Shown: one piece after another, positions 26,747 through 34,468 of the stretch | Numbering within the stretch: position 1 is the stretch's first letter | How the letters are laid out: each line of letters begins with the position of its first letter | NCBI GenBank assembly: GCA_016285145.1 | Contig: JAEEQE010000009.1 | Span: 13,304-77,303, forward strand | From: Bacteroidales bacterium | GTDB lineage: Bacteria; Bacteroidota; Bacteroidia; Bacteroidales; WCHB1-69 | Direction: 5' to 3' | Length of the DNA stretch: 64,000 nucleotides | The notes under the pieces: generated by a model | What the model was told of the DNA's origin: nothing | The model's input: only the letters and a program-made list of their open reading frames with translations | Database searches by the model: none | Program-made: the position numbers and the translations under genes

Positions 26747-27759
26747 CGTTTGATTTTTATTAATTCTCTTTGATTGAAATAACGACTGCTGTCAGCGTTG
26801 AATCCGATTTCCAGAATGCCCCGGCAGCGTTTGCCGTCAATGTTGAATTCCGCGATGTTCTCGTGCAAAATGTATTGTCCGTCTTGGAAATGATACGACA
26901 GCCCTGTCAGGAATTTGGCTTCGACGGCAATTGTTCTGGAATTGTCCAGTTTCATGCGAAAAGCCAGCTCGCGGGGAACGGTTCCTTGATTGATTCGTTG
27001 AAAATCCAAATCCGCCTGCAGCATGAAATGCAGTCCCGTTTCGTTCCGGTAATGACCTACCTCCAAGACAGTCATCACGGGATAGGAGACCAGCGAGTAG
27101 TTGAACTGTTGGTGTGGTGAGACGGCCATCAACCAGAGGTGGTTGTTCATATAGTTCCAATCTCTCTTCCCGAACGAATGGTCGCGCACACATGGCAAAT
27201 GGAAATCTATTGTTCTGCCGTTCAGGGTCAGCTGGCCTTCAAGCACCCCTTCTTGTTCGTAATGGCACTGGCCGCTAACATTTTGCAACTGACCGAAAAA
27301 TGCTTTGCTCCACTTTTCGTTGGCAATGCCGGCAGCCATTCTCTCTGCCGGCATATCGCTTGTGAAATCGATGGGTTGTTGGTTGCCGACAAAGGTTGCC
27401 AGAACACTGGCTTCATCATTTTCATTGAGTTTGCCTTGGAAGGAGAGAAGCCAGTCGGAGCCGTTTTTTCCCACATGGATGGGTGCTGTGCCAACGGGGA
27501 AAAATTCCTGATGCAGAGAATAAAGTTTACCATCCAAATAGACACAAAACCATGTTTCCTCCACATTAACCCTCTTTCCCAAACGGGCAAAGATGGACAT
27601 GTTCTCATCGTGGGCGGAAAAATAGTAGGAATTGTTCAACCATGTGTCCTTTTCTCCTTCAAGAGAAAAGTTCTCGGCATATTGATAATCAAATGGATTT
27701 TGCTTGTTCCGTTTGACCAATGTCCGGCACATGATTCGTTTTTTGAAACTGTATAACAT
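26743..27759 (-). CDS. Hypothetical protein, translationally coupled to the dikinase-like gene
   Basis: ATGA stop/start overlap at 26743-26746. I recognised no signal peptide or catalytic motif. VRDHSFGKRDWNYM weakly recalls the RDxSWGxRxW box of AttH/CrtC-like beta-barrel proteins. The start is ambiguous (27759 or 27732). Confidence 0.55.
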   Translation of the reverse strand: MLYSFKKRIMCRTLVKRNKQNPFDYQYAENFSLEGEKDTWLNNSYYFSAHDENMSIFARLGKRVNVEETWFCVYLDGKLYSLHQEFFPVGTAPIHVGKNGSDWLLSFQGKLNENDEASVLATFVGNQQPIDFTSDMPAERMAAGIANEKWSKAFFGQLQNVSGQCHYEQEGVLEGQLTLNGRTIDFHLPCVRDHSFGKRDWNYMNNHLWLMAVSPHQQFNYSLVSYPVMTVLEVGHYRNETGLHFMLQADLDFQRINQGTVPRELAFRMKLDNSRTIAVEAKFLTGLSYHFQDGQYILHENIAEFNIDGKRCRGILEIGFNADSSRYFNQRELIKIKR

Positions 27760-27919
27760 AATACAAAAATATGATGCTGCAAATCTACATAATATTCGAT
27801 TATTTTTTTAAGTTTTTTTAAGATACATATATTATTGATAATAAAACAATTATTTATTTTAATTTGCAATAAAGCGAAAAAGTACGCCGCTATTTTGGTT
27901 GCATTTTCGTATCTATGAC

Positions 27920-28047
27920 AAAAAAAAGTCGGCCCGATGGACCGACTTTTTTCGTTAGTAGCGGTAAAGACTACTCTTTGTCGCGGTATTCTTTCACGAA
28001 GTCTTTGACCATGGCGGGAGCCAGACGGCCATACACCTTGCCGTCCA
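27920..28047. repeat. Direct repeat copy A (~128 bp): duplicated terminator plus 3' end of the NuoE-like hydrogenase gene
   Basis: Aligns base by base with 28799..28926 at roughly 90% identity (about a dozen differences including one indel, counted by eye). Confidence 0.9.
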
Positions 28048-28048
28048 T
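27971..28048 (-). pseudogene. 25-codon fragment duplicating the C-terminus of the NuoE-like hydrogenase subunit
   Basis: The minus strand reads MDGKVYGRLAPAMVKDFVKEYRDKE*. The real gene ends DGKVYGRLAPAMVKDIVKEYRDKE*. Confidence 0.8.
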
Positions 28049-28066
28049 AGCTTGCGGGTTAAATCG

Positions 28067-28408
28067 TTATTGTTCGTTCAGTTTGGACAAATACTCTTTC
28101 AATTGCGGAATATTGATGGTGACTATACTCCAAATTGTCTGGTCGTCAACACCAAAATATTCGTGAATAATCAGGTTTCTCAAACCGATAATTCGAGCCC
28201 AGGGAGTGTCGGGATGATTCATGAGAAATTCCTCGCTGAGGCCGTTTGCTGCCTCTCCTATGATTTCCAACTGGTGCAATGTGGCGTTAAACATCATGGA
28301 GTTGTTTGCAAAAGTATCTTTGTCTGCCCCTTGAATGTAGTTTTCAATTTCTTTGATGGCATCCAAAATGTGCATCACTCTTATATGGTCTGAGATTTTA
28401 GCATTCAT
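28067..28408 (-). CDS. hepT: HepT-like (DUF86) HEPN RNase toxin
   Basis: RNLIIHEY is the Rx4HxY HEPN motif. The start was moved to MNAKISDHIRVMHILDAIKEIE (ATG 28408), which overlaps mntA by 11 nt. The track's 179-aa extension is out of character. Confidence 0.8.
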   Translation of the reverse strand: MNAKISDHIRVMHILDAIKEIENYIQGADKDTFANNSMMFNATLHQLEIIGEAANGLSEEFLMNHPDTPWARIIGLRNLIIHEYFGVDDQTIWSIVTINIPQLKEYLSKLNEQ

Positions 28409-28685
28409 AGAGTAACAGCTTTTCTGAATCAACGTACGGTTTAATGTATTTTGACAGCCCACGAGAGGAAACAAGGTCAATGGATTTTTGCAAAAGAGAT
28501 TGCAAGTCCAGTTGCATTTGTATAAATTCCAAACCGACAGGCTTGGAATAATCCAAGTCCACCAATATGTCCACATCACTTTCCGGTGTTTCTTCGCCAC
28601 GGGCATACGAACCGAATACCCATGCCTTCAGCACCGGCTGTGTCTTGAAATACTCACAAATGGTCTCAATCATTTTGCTGTCCAT
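28398..28685 (-). CDS. mntA: MntA-like minimal nucleotidyltransferase antitoxin
   Basis: VFGSYARGEETPESDVDILVDL is the GS...DxD motif. The start was moved to MDSKMIETICEYF (ATG 28685), directly downstream of a -7 box. Confidence 0.8.
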   Translation of the reverse strand: MDSKMIETICEYFKTQPVLKAWVFGSYARGEETPESDVDILVDLDYSKPVGLEFIQMQLDLQSLLQKSIDLVSSRGLSKYIKPYVDSEKLLLYEC

Positions 28686-28706
28686 AATTCGGGTCTTTTG
28701 CAATGG

Positions 28707-28714
28707 CAAAGATA
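28707..28714 (-). promoter_or_regulatory. -7 promoter box (TATCTTTG on minus strand) internal to the TA cassette
   Basis: Exact TAnnTTTG, 22 nt upstream of ATG 28685. Confidence 0.55.
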
Positions 28715-28798
28715 CATTTTTTCTTTTATATAAAATGTTGAAATGTATAATTTTGAGGATATAAGACTTTGTGTCCATACAACGTATTCCTTAATAAG

Positions 28799-28926
28799 AA
28801 AAAAAAAGTCGGCCCAAGGGACCGACTTTTTCATTCGTAGCGGTAAAGACTACTCTTTGTCTCTGTATTCTTTCACGATGTCTTTGACCATGGCGGGAGC
28901 GAGACGTCCATACACCTTGCCGTCCA
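28799..28926. repeat. Direct repeat copy B: authentic terminator plus 3' end of the NuoE-like gene
   Basis: See copy A. Contains terminator hairpin GTCGG...CCGAC (28808-28826) flanked by A/T tracts. Confidence 0.9.
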
Positions 28927-29347
28927 CGAGGCAGACAGGTGCCAGACCGCAGGCGCCTACGCAGCGCAAAGAGGTGAGGGAGAAGATGCCTTTGGCATCG
29001 GTTTCGCCCACTTCCACGCCGAGTTCTTTCTTGAAGGCGTCCAAAATCTTCTCGCCACCACGCACGTAGCAAGCGGTACCCATACATACAGATACGGGAT
29101 ATTTGCCCTTCGGGGTCATGGTGAAGAATGCGTAGAAGGAAACCACACCGTAAACCTTGGCGGTCGGCATGTGCAGTCTTTCAGCAATCAACTCCTGGAC
29201 TTCTGCGGGCAGATAACCGAGGAAATCTTGTGTCTGATGTAAGACATTGATGAGTTCGCCAGGGTTGTTGTTGAAGTTATTGCAGATTTCAATAACTTTT
29301 TCCCTGACTTCGGGTTTCATTTTTATTATAATCTTCTTATTATCCAT
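28850..29347 (-). CDS. hydC: [FeFe]-hydrogenase NuoE-like [2Fe-2S] subunit (HydC-type)
   Basis: Thioredoxin-like [2Fe-2S] NuoE pattern (CMGTACYVRG..LRCVGACGLAPV). Last gene of the hydrogenase operon. Confidence 0.8.
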   Translation of the reverse strand: MDNKKIIIKMKPEVREKVIEICNNFNNNPGELINVLHQTQDFLGYLPAEVQELIAERLHMPTAKVYGVVSFYAFFTMTPKGKYPVSVCMGTACYVRGGEKILDAFKKELGVEVGETDAKGIFSLTSLRCVGACGLAPVCLVDGKVYGRLAPAMVKDIVKEYRDKE

Positions 29348-29369
29348 GTTTATGCTTTTTTCAGATTAA

Positions 29370-31157
29370 TTATTTGTTTAAATCCACTTCCACGGTGGTC
29401 TGTCTGTCGAAATAGTGCGTGTGCAGCAGTTCGTGAGACTTGTGACCGCAAGGTTCACCCAAGAACTCTTTGTAGATGGCCTGGATGGACGGGTTTTCGT
29501 GGGATTTACGGATCGGCATCTCTCTATCGGCGCGGTAGATAGCTTCCCAACGGGCCTTGATGATGTCGGCGTTTCCGTGGTGCAGCGGCTGGCCAGCGCC
29601 GTCGATACAACCACCAGGACAAGCCATGATCTCGATGGCGTGGAACTGGCACTTGCCGGCTTTGATGTCTTCCAGCAGCTTACGGGCGTTCTTCAGACCG
29701 TGGGCGATACCGATGTTCAGCTTCAAGCCGTCCACATCGATGGTGGCGCTACGAACGCCTTCCAAACCACGCAGCTCTTCGAAGTCAATCTTCGGAAGCG
29801 GTTTCTTGGTGATGACCTCGTAAGCGGTACGGACAGCGGCCTCAATCACACCACCCGTGGTACCGAAAATCACAGCAGCACCGGTGGATTGACCGAGCGG
29901 GCTGTCAAATTCAGCATCCGGCAGGGATTTGAAATCGATGTTGGCCATCTTGATGAGGCGTGCCAACTCGCGGGTGGAGATGGAGTAGTCCACATCAGGA
30001 TTGCCATTTACCTTGAACTCGTCACGGCCAACTTCATATTTCTTGGCCAAGCAAGGCATCACGGATACGCTGATCATATCTTCGCGTTTGATACCGATTT
30101 TTTCAGCAAAATAGGATTTGGCGATAGCACCGAACATCTGTTGCGGAGATTTTGCCGTGGAAGGAAGATCTCTCATTTCAGGGAACTGGTGCTCGAAGAA
30201 GTTCACCCATGCAGGGCAGCAGGAGGTGAGGATAGGAAGCGGAACGCTCTTGTCACCACCCAGATATTTGGTCAGACGGCCGATAAGCTCGGTGCCTTCT
30301 TCCATAATCGTCAAGTCGGCAGACCAGTCAGTGTCGAACACATAGTCGAAACCGAGGGCCTTGAGAGCGGCGGTCAGCTTGCCCGTGGCAATCGTGCCGG
30401 GTTCCATGCCGAACTCTTCGCCGATGGCCACACGCACAGCGGGAGCCACTTGGACAACCGTCTTCTTGTTCGGATCCACGATAGCGCGAAGCACTGCGCC
30501 GGTGTGGTCAACCTCGGTGAGAGCGCCCACCGGACAAACGGCAACGCACTGACCGCAGAAGGTACACGGTGAGTGATCCAGATGCTGGTTGAAAGCGGTG
30601 GAGACCACTGCCGGGAAACCACGCTCGATGGCGGACAAGGCGCCCACCGTCTGCATCTCATTACACATCGTCTCGCAACGACGGCACATGACGCACTTGT
30701 TCATGTCGCGGATGATGGACGGGGAAACCTCAATCTGATAGGAGGATTGGGAGTGCTCCGGTCCGATGAACGGGTTCTTGCGGATGCCGAAACGCACGGC
30801 GAGATCTTGCAATTCGCAGTTGCCGTTCTTGGCGCACTGCAGACAGTCGGCCGGGTGGTCGGAAAGGATCAGCTCGAGAACGGTTCTACGGGCGTTGATG
30901 ACGCGCATGGAGTTGGTTCTCACCACCATGTCGGGCATACACTCGGTGACACAGGCAGGAGCCAGGTTACGACGACCGGCCACTTCCACCACACAAATAC
31001 GGCATCCGCCGGGTCTGTTGTGCACGCCTAAATTGTTCAGCTCGAAATGGCAAAGGGTAGGAATATCGATACCCATGCCTTGAGCGGCTTTCAGAATAGT
31101 AGTACCTTTCGGCACTTCAACTTCTCTATTGTCTATTGTTAATTTTATCATATCCAT
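29370..31157 (-). CDS. hydA: [FeFe]-hydrogenase catalytic subunit (group A3-type, multimeric)
   Basis: H-cluster motifs TSCCPAW, MPCLAKKYE and EIMACPGGCIDGAGQP. N-terminal 2Fe-2S and 4Fe-4S ferredoxin modules (CRICVVEV; CVMCRRCETMC; CTFCGQCVAVCP). Confidence 0.9.
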   Translation of the reverse strand: MDMIKLTIDNREVEVPKGTTILKAAQGMGIDIPTLCHFELNNLGVHNRPGGCRICVVEVAGRRNLAPACVTECMPDMVVRTNSMRVINARRTVLELILSDHPADCLQCAKNGNCELQDLAVRFGIRKNPFIGPEHSQSSYQIEVSPSIIRDMNKCVMCRRCETMCNEMQTVGALSAIERGFPAVVSTAFNQHLDHSPCTFCGQCVAVCPVGALTEVDHTGAVLRAIVDPNKKTVVQVAPAVRVAIGEEFGMEPGTIATGKLTAALKALGFDYVFDTDWSADLTIMEEGTELIGRLTKYLGGDKSVPLPILTSCCPAWVNFFEHQFPEMRDLPSTAKSPQQMFGAIAKSYFAEKIGIKREDMISVSVMPCLAKKYEVGRDEFKVNGNPDVDYSISTRELARLIKMANIDFKSLPDAEFDSPLGQSTGAAVIFGTTGGVIEAAVRTAYEVITKKPLPKIDFEELRGLEGVRSATIDVDGLKLNIGIAHGLKNARKLLEDIKAGKCQFHAIEIMACPGGCIDGAGQPLHHGNADIIKARWEAIYRADREMPIRKSHENPSIQAIYKEFLGEPCGHKSHELLHTHYFDRQTTVEVDLNK

Positions 31158-31172
31158 ATTAATACCCTTTTA

Positions 31173-32966
31173 CTATTTAATACTAATTGCGTTAAACTTA
31201 CATTTCTCAATACAGGTACCGCACTTGATACAGAGTTCTTGGTTGATTTCGTGCGGCATCTTCACTGTACCCTTGATGGCACCGACCGGACAGTTGCGGG
31301 CGCAAGCCGTACAACCTTTACACTTGTCAGGATCGATGACGTATTGTTTCAGGGCCTTGCACTGGCCGGCGGGACATTTCTTGTCCACCACGTGTGCCAC
31401 ATACTCGTCCCAGAAGTTGTCGATGGTGGACAACACCGGGTTCGGGGAAGTCTGGCCGAGGCCGCAGAGGGCGGTGTCTTTGATGACGTGTGCCAAGTTG
31501 CGGAGCTTCTCGAGGTCTTCCATGGTGCCTTGGCCCTTGGTGATCTTGTCGAGGATTTCGCACAGACGCTTGTTGCCGATACGGCAGGGTGAGCACTTGC
31601 CGCAGGACTCTTCCACGGTGAAGTCGAGATAGAACTTGGCCACGGAAACCATACAGGAGGTCTCGTCCATGACGATCATACCACCGGAACCCATCATGGA
31701 ACCGGCAGCCACGAGGTTGTCATAGTCGATCGGGGTGTCGAGGAACTTCTCGGTCAAGCAACCGCCGGAAGGACCACCGGTTTGAACGGCTTTGAATTTC
31801 TTGCCGCCCTTGATACCGCCGCCGATTTCGTAGATGACCTCACGCAGGGTGATGCCCATCGGGACCTCGATCAAACCGACGTTGTTGATTTGGCCGGCCA
31901 ATGCGAACACTTTCGTACCTTTGGATTTCTCGGTTCCAATGGAGGAGAACCATTCCCAACCCTTGTTGATGATAACAGGAATGTTAGCGTAGGTTTCCAC
32001 GTTGTTCACGTTGGACGGTTTCTTGAGATAACCTTCAACGGCCGGGAATGGCGGTTTGAAGGTGGGTTCGCCGCGGAGACCTTCCATGGAGTGGATCAGA
32101 GCGGTTTCCTCGCCGCAGACGAATGCGCCGGCACCGTAGCGGAGGATGATGTCGAAATCGAAGCCGGTTCCGAAGATGTCCTTGCCGAGCAGGCCGTATT
32201 CGCGGGCCTGGTTGATGGCCACCTGCAGACGGTGGATAGCCAGCGGGTATTCAGCACGGATATAGACCAAACCGATGGTGGCACCGATACAGAAACCGCC
32301 GATGGCCATTGCCTCGATGATGGAGTGCGGGTCGCCTTCCAAGATGGAACGATCCATGAATGCACCCGGGTCGCCTTCGTCGGCGTTGCAGATGATGTAT
32401 TTCTGGTCAGCGGCGTTCTTGGCGCAGAGTTCCCATTTCAAACCTGTGGGGAAGCCAGCGCCGCCACGGCCACGCAAACCGGATTTCTTGATGAGGTCGA
32501 TGGTGGCTTTGGGGTCGTTCTGTTCCAGAACGGAGGCCAATGCCTTGTAACCGTCACGTGCGATGTATTCGTCGATGTTTTCAGGATCGATGAAACCGCA
32601 GTTACGCAACGCGATACGCATCTGTTTCTTGTAAAAACCCATGTGCTTGGAGTCGGAAATGTGTTTCTGATCCTCCGGGTTTTCGTACAGCAGGCGCTGC
32701 ACTTTTCTACCTTTGATGATGTGCTCGTCGATGATCTCGCGGCAGTCTTCCGGTTTTACCTGTGTGTAGAACGTGTTGTCGGGCAGGATCTTGACGATGG
32801 GGCCCTTCTCACAGAAACCGAAACAGCCGGTGGTGACCACTTGCACGTCGTCGGTAAGGTTCTTTTCAGCCAGTAATTGGATGAAGTTTTCTTTGATTTT
32901 CGGGCTTTCGGAAGCGGTACATCCAGTACCACCGCAAAGCAGAATGTGATATTTGTAATTTGCCAT
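31173..32966 (-). CDS. hydB: NuoF-like NAD(P)H-binding flavoprotein subunit of the hydrogenase (HydB-type)
   Basis: GLRGRGGAGFPTGLKW FMN/NADH motif, ESCGKCSPCR N3-cluster motif and two C-terminal 4Fe-4S motifs (CKGCTACARNCP; CIKCGTCIEKC). Confidence 0.9.
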   Translation of the reverse strand: MANYKYHILLCGGTGCTASESPKIKENFIQLLAEKNLTDDVQVVTTGCFGFCEKGPIVKILPDNTFYTQVKPEDCREIIDEHIIKGRKVQRLLYENPEDQKHISDSKHMGFYKKQMRIALRNCGFIDPENIDEYIARDGYKALASVLEQNDPKATIDLIKKSGLRGRGGAGFPTGLKWELCAKNAADQKYIICNADEGDPGAFMDRSILEGDPHSIIEAMAIGGFCIGATIGLVYIRAEYPLAIHRLQVAINQAREYGLLGKDIFGTGFDFDIILRYGAGAFVCGEETALIHSMEGLRGEPTFKPPFPAVEGYLKKPSNVNNVETYANIPVIINKGWEWFSSIGTEKSKGTKVFALAGQINNVGLIEVPMGITLREVIYEIGGGIKGGKKFKAVQTGGPSGGCLTEKFLDTPIDYDNLVAAGSMMGSGGMIVMDETSCMVSVAKFYLDFTVEESCGKCSPCRIGNKRLCEILDKITKGQGTMEDLEKLRNLAHVIKDTALCGLGQTSPNPVLSTIDNFWDEYVAHVVDKKCPAGQCKALKQYVIDPDKCKGCTACARNCPVGAIKGTVKMPHEINQELCIKCGTCIEKCKFNAISIK

Positions 32967-32980
32967 TGGAGACCTCCTTG

Positions 32981-33379
32981 TTATTTGTTATCGATTTTTT
33001 CGTAGTTGACGGGGATGACGCCTTCGAGGATTTCACCACTCATGATGTATTTCGTCACCAGTTCTTGACCTTTCTTGGTGTCAACGTGGCCGAACACGAT
33101 GGGATCCTCGCCCGGTTTCTTCACTTCCACGGTGGGCTCGGCATAGCAGTAGCCCATGCAGCCGGTCTGGGAAACCACAGCCTTGACGCTTTGCTTCTTG
33201 CACTCGTCAATGATGGCTTCCATCGTTTGCTTAGCACCGGAAGCGATACCGCAGGTGGCCATAGCAACCTTGATTTGAACCAAGTTTTCTACGTTGTCGC
33301 CTTCTTCGCGCAACTCAATTTTGGATTGGAGCTCTTCTCTCTTTTTCTTGAGATCAGCCAATGATTTAATTTTTTCCAT
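32981..33379 (-). CDS. Small thioredoxin-like [2Fe-2S] ferredoxin (HydD-like accessory subunit)
   Basis: 132 aa with Cys pattern ATCGIASG...GCMGYCYAEP. First gene of the hydrogenase operon. Confidence 0.65.
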   Translation of the reverse strand: MEKIKSLADLKKKREELQSKIELREEGDNVENLVQIKVAMATCGIASGAKQTMEAIIDECKKQSVKAVVSQTGCMGYCYAEPTVEVKKPGEDPIVFGHVDTKKGQELVTKYIMSGEILEGVIPVNYEKIDNK

Positions 33380-33469
33380 GTAATTGGGTTTTAGTTGTTG
33401 ATTTATAGGATTTTACACACAAAAATAAGCGTCTCCGGAACCCCCGAAAAAGGCACACGGATTGCGGGG

Positions 33470-33477
33470 GCAAATGT
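33470..33477 (-). promoter_or_regulatory. -7 promoter box (TACATTTG on minus strand) for the hydrogenase operon
   Basis: Exact TAnnTTTG, 91 nt upstream of ATG 33379. It is immediately followed in the transcript by a 6-bp GC hairpin (33440-33445 pairing with 33464-33469). Confidence 0.5.
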
Positions 33478-33567
33478 AACATATTTTCCTTAATTATCAC
33501 CTGCCCGAAACGAATATTTTTCGTGTTTTTTTCATCCCAAGAAATGGGGATTTTTACCTGAAAAAAA

Positions 33568-33585
33568 AGAGGGCCGAGACCCTCT
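33568..33585 (-). terminator. Rho-independent terminator AGAGGG-CCGAGA-CCCTCT flanked by A8/T7 tracts
   Basis: Perfect 6-bp stem immediately after the stop of the exonuclease gene (33590). T-tract on the minus strand. Confidence 0.7.
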
Positions 33586-33589
33586 TTTT

Positions 33590-34468
33590 TTAGTCAAACA
33601 ACGTCCTGTTGAACTTGCGTTCCAGACGTACATCGTTGTATAATTCGGTGATTTTCGCCTTGGTGTATAATGGGAAATCGGCTTTCATCATCCAGTCGTA
33701 GTAGGCGGGCTCTTTCATGAAAACCTCCTTGACAGGAACATTCTTGTGCTTGCCGAAATTGAAGACGGCTTGGTCCTGGGCGTTCCAGACGATGTGCCCG
33801 GCCATGTCCACGTTGCGGTTCTCGCGGGTGAATGCACTCAACGCCTTGACATCGTTCTGGATGGGTTTGAATACCTTGCGGGTTCTGGGGTCTGTGTATT
33901 CCGTATCGGCATAACGCTCCAATTGCGCCTTGAAGACCTCGTAGGTGGCGCGCGTGTCGGCGTTGGCGCTGTGCGCGTTGTTCAAGTCCTTGTTGCAGTA
34001 GAACTTGTAGGCCGCAATCAGGTTGCGCGGCTCCATCTTATGGAAAATATTCTGAACGTCAATAAGTTGGCGGTTTAGCATGTTGAGCTCCTTTCCGCAT
34101 CTCAAAAACTCCTCCAATAATAAAGGCACGTCGAACTTGTTGGAGTTGAATCCGGCCAGGTCCGCGTCTCCGATGAAGGCCAGCAGGTCGTCGGCCAGCT
34201 CCGGAAAGGTGGGCTTGTCATAGACATCCTCATCGTAGATGCCATGAATGGCGCTGCATTCTTCCGGAATATGCACTTCAATCTCCTGGACATTGCCGTC
34301 AGGCCCTTGTACAAGATTTACTGGGCGGATGCGCTGTGTGCGCTCGATTTCGCTGCCGTCCGGCATGACTTTGATAAGAGATATTTCCACAATGTGATCT
34401 TTGCCGACATTCAGGCCGGTGGTTTCAAGATCGAAGAAAACCAAAGGACGGGAGAGGTTGAGTTTCAT
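33590..34468 (-). CDS. DEDDh 3'-5' exonuclease (DnaQ/PolIII-epsilon-like) with C-terminal extension
   Basis: Exo I FFDLETTGL, Exo II GFNSNKFDVPLL and Exo III HSANADTRATYEVF. Confidence 0.8.
   Translation of the reverse strand: MKLNLSRPLVFFDLETTGLNVGKDHIVEISLIKVMPDGSEIERTQRIRPVNLVQGPDGNVQEIEVHIPEECSAIHGIYDEDVYDKPTFPELADDLLAFIGDADLAGFNSNKFDVPLLLEEFLRCGKELNMLNRQLIDVQNIFHKMEPRNLIAAYKFYCNKDLNNAHSANADTRATYEVFKAQLERYADTEYTDPRTRKVFKPIQNDVKALSAFTRENRNVDMAGHIVWNAQDQAVFNFGKHKNVPVKEVFMKEPAYYDWMMKADFPLYTKAKITELYNDVRLERKFNRTLFD

Noticed and set aside
27915-28166. Plus-strand ORFs 27915..28166 and 28743..29069, which share the peptide ..GKDYSLS.YSFT.SLTMAGARRPYTLPS..
   Set aside because: The shared peptide is the antisense translation of the duplicated hydC 3' end. 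It was useful for spotting the repeat, but these are not genes.
29415-30572. Long antisense ORFs opposite well-supported genes. Examples are 5434..6351(-), 11934..13019(-), 15727..16701(+), 29415..30572(+), 31782..32876(+), 34615..35583(+), 38370..39134(+), 48716..49786(-), 56554..57684(+), 57969..58787(+) and 61814..63007(+).
   Set aside because: They have Arg/Gly/His/Val-rich low-complexity translations with no motifs. Each is the mirror of a gene with strong family signatures, which is typical of shadow ORFs in GC-balanced coding DNA.
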